From contig NC_042997.1 in assembly GCF_006345805.1 (NCBI RefSeq), positions 73,098,001-73,162,000 on the forward strand: 64,000 bases of DNA, given 5' to 3'. Source of the DNA: Octopus sinensis. Lineage: Eukaryota. The notes below the pieces were generated by a model. The model had not been told where the DNA came from. It saw nothing but the letters and a program-made list of their open reading frames with translations, and searched no databases. Both the position numbers and the translations under genes were made by a program. Positions 62,731 to 64,000 of this stretch are shown piece after piece (the stretch's first letter is position 1; the number at the start of each line of letters is the position of its first letter).

Positions 62731-64000
62731 AATATTTATATACACATACATACATACATTATATTCATACAGACACGAGACGTTACTTTACACCTAGTAA
62801 GTGAAGTAATGTCGTTGAAATACTGACGTTAGGTAAACGCTGAATAAATTGTTTGGTGCATTCTTCCTCTTTTAAGATCAACTGTGTTTTGAAGGAGTTT
62901 CGCAGCCAATGTTAGCAGGTTGAGTTCTCTCATTCGCTTCTCGTTTCAAGTTATTGTTTTGCACCAGTTAGTCACGGACACAACATACCTGTGGTTAATT
63001 GCATTCCAACTATTATAGTTCTATGTTTTCCTTCCAAACAGCCAATGCTGCATCATTTAATGGGCCTTTTCTTTTTCAAGAGAATAGATTGTGATTTGCG
63101 GGCGATTTGGTTCTTGTTTCCAGTAGGTCAGATTGACCATATACAGGTTAGTTTGATGGGGCTTTTGCAACTCAGACTAAAGAAGGGTTGCGAGCCAAGG
63201 TTGGGTAGGCGGTGAAGAGCACGGTTTAGTCTGTCATAAGAAGTAGAAGAAATCTTCAGTTGTAATCGAAAGTAGCTTCACTTAACTTTAGACTGTATTT
63301 TTTACCGTAATATTGTCCTTCATTCGACTGCATTAAGTCCGAAGCTGTCGAAAAACTGCAGATGATAATAATTACTATTGATTTGTTGCCACCAGTTATT
63401 GACTATTTCAAACTTGAAAAGTCAACTGCCTGCAAAATTGTCGTACAGTTCATTATCGTAAGCCATATTGAATGCAGACAGGGTTATATGATTATCTAGT
63501 TCATTCTGTAACTACGTGGTTTAGGATCCGGTCTTATCGTGCAGTCATTTGGAAATTATTTTCTACTACAGTTTCCTCGACAACCAAAGCCGTGTGTGTG
63601 AAATTTGGTATTTTGCGCTTGTGTGAAAGTAGTCAGAGGTATCGCTCTACTCCTTGGTTAATAAACATAATATCCTGGCTAAATAACACATGGTCGATGG
63701 GCAACTTTAGTTAACTTTATTCTGCTGTAAGTGTTAAGGTCAAGTCTCAAGCCTGAGGAAGTGTCCTCCAGTCACCTCGTCAATAATTGAGACCCGAAAC
63801 GAGCTATGGTGGTTGCGGTTCCCCTTCTGACTAAGCTGTAAAAAAGCATCTATAATTCCCTTACTGTTATTCATTCTCAAGTAGTAATGTACAATATTAT
63901 CTTCGGAACGACTGATTTAATATTTCAAACTTATATAAAATGAGAAAAAAAGCATCGGAGAGATGATGCATACCATGCGTGCAGATAAATTTTCCCGCAA

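Noticed and set aside
63749-63806. HHR-like CTGAGGA...GAGACCC-GAAAC-GA-GCT
   Set aside because: It lacks the conserved U of the NUH triplet, stem II has a mismatch and stem I has only 3 bp; at best a dead relic.

Overview
This is repeat-dominated, AT-rich animal genomic DNA. The SINE families and the density of (TA)n, (TACA)n and (TATC)n microsatellites suggest an octopus or other coleoid cephalopod (inference). Only one host protein-coding gene is well supported: a single-coding-exon, 329-aa type II membrane protein with a glycosyltransferase-like (GT-A) signature at 7038-8027 (-). The rest is transposable elements: Penelope-like elements (PLEs), RTE, R4/Dong-like, CRE-like and Tx1-like LINE pieces, Tc1/mariner, a DD37D (maT) element, a pogo/Tigger element, hAT-type MITE ends, two non-autonomous Helitrons and many tRNA-derived SINEs. 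The most notable signal is a set of hammerhead ribozyme (HHR) motifs that I folded by hand. A very young 4-kb head-to-head PLE (33441-37460) has 1.3-kb near-identical inverted arms, an open RT + GIY-YIG frame, and a minimal HHR with a U3:A8 core in each arm. An older sister PLE has an A3:U8-core HHR (50449-50483). A 118-bp palindrome consists only of an HHR plus its tail (37802-37919). There is also a stand-alone HHR (39147-39197) and an HHR with a large branched stem II (31619-31763). The PLE-HHR association and inverted PLE copies are already known; what may be new is the specific variants, their covariation and the mini-foldback. No database search or folding software was run, so boundaries of degenerate elements are approximate.
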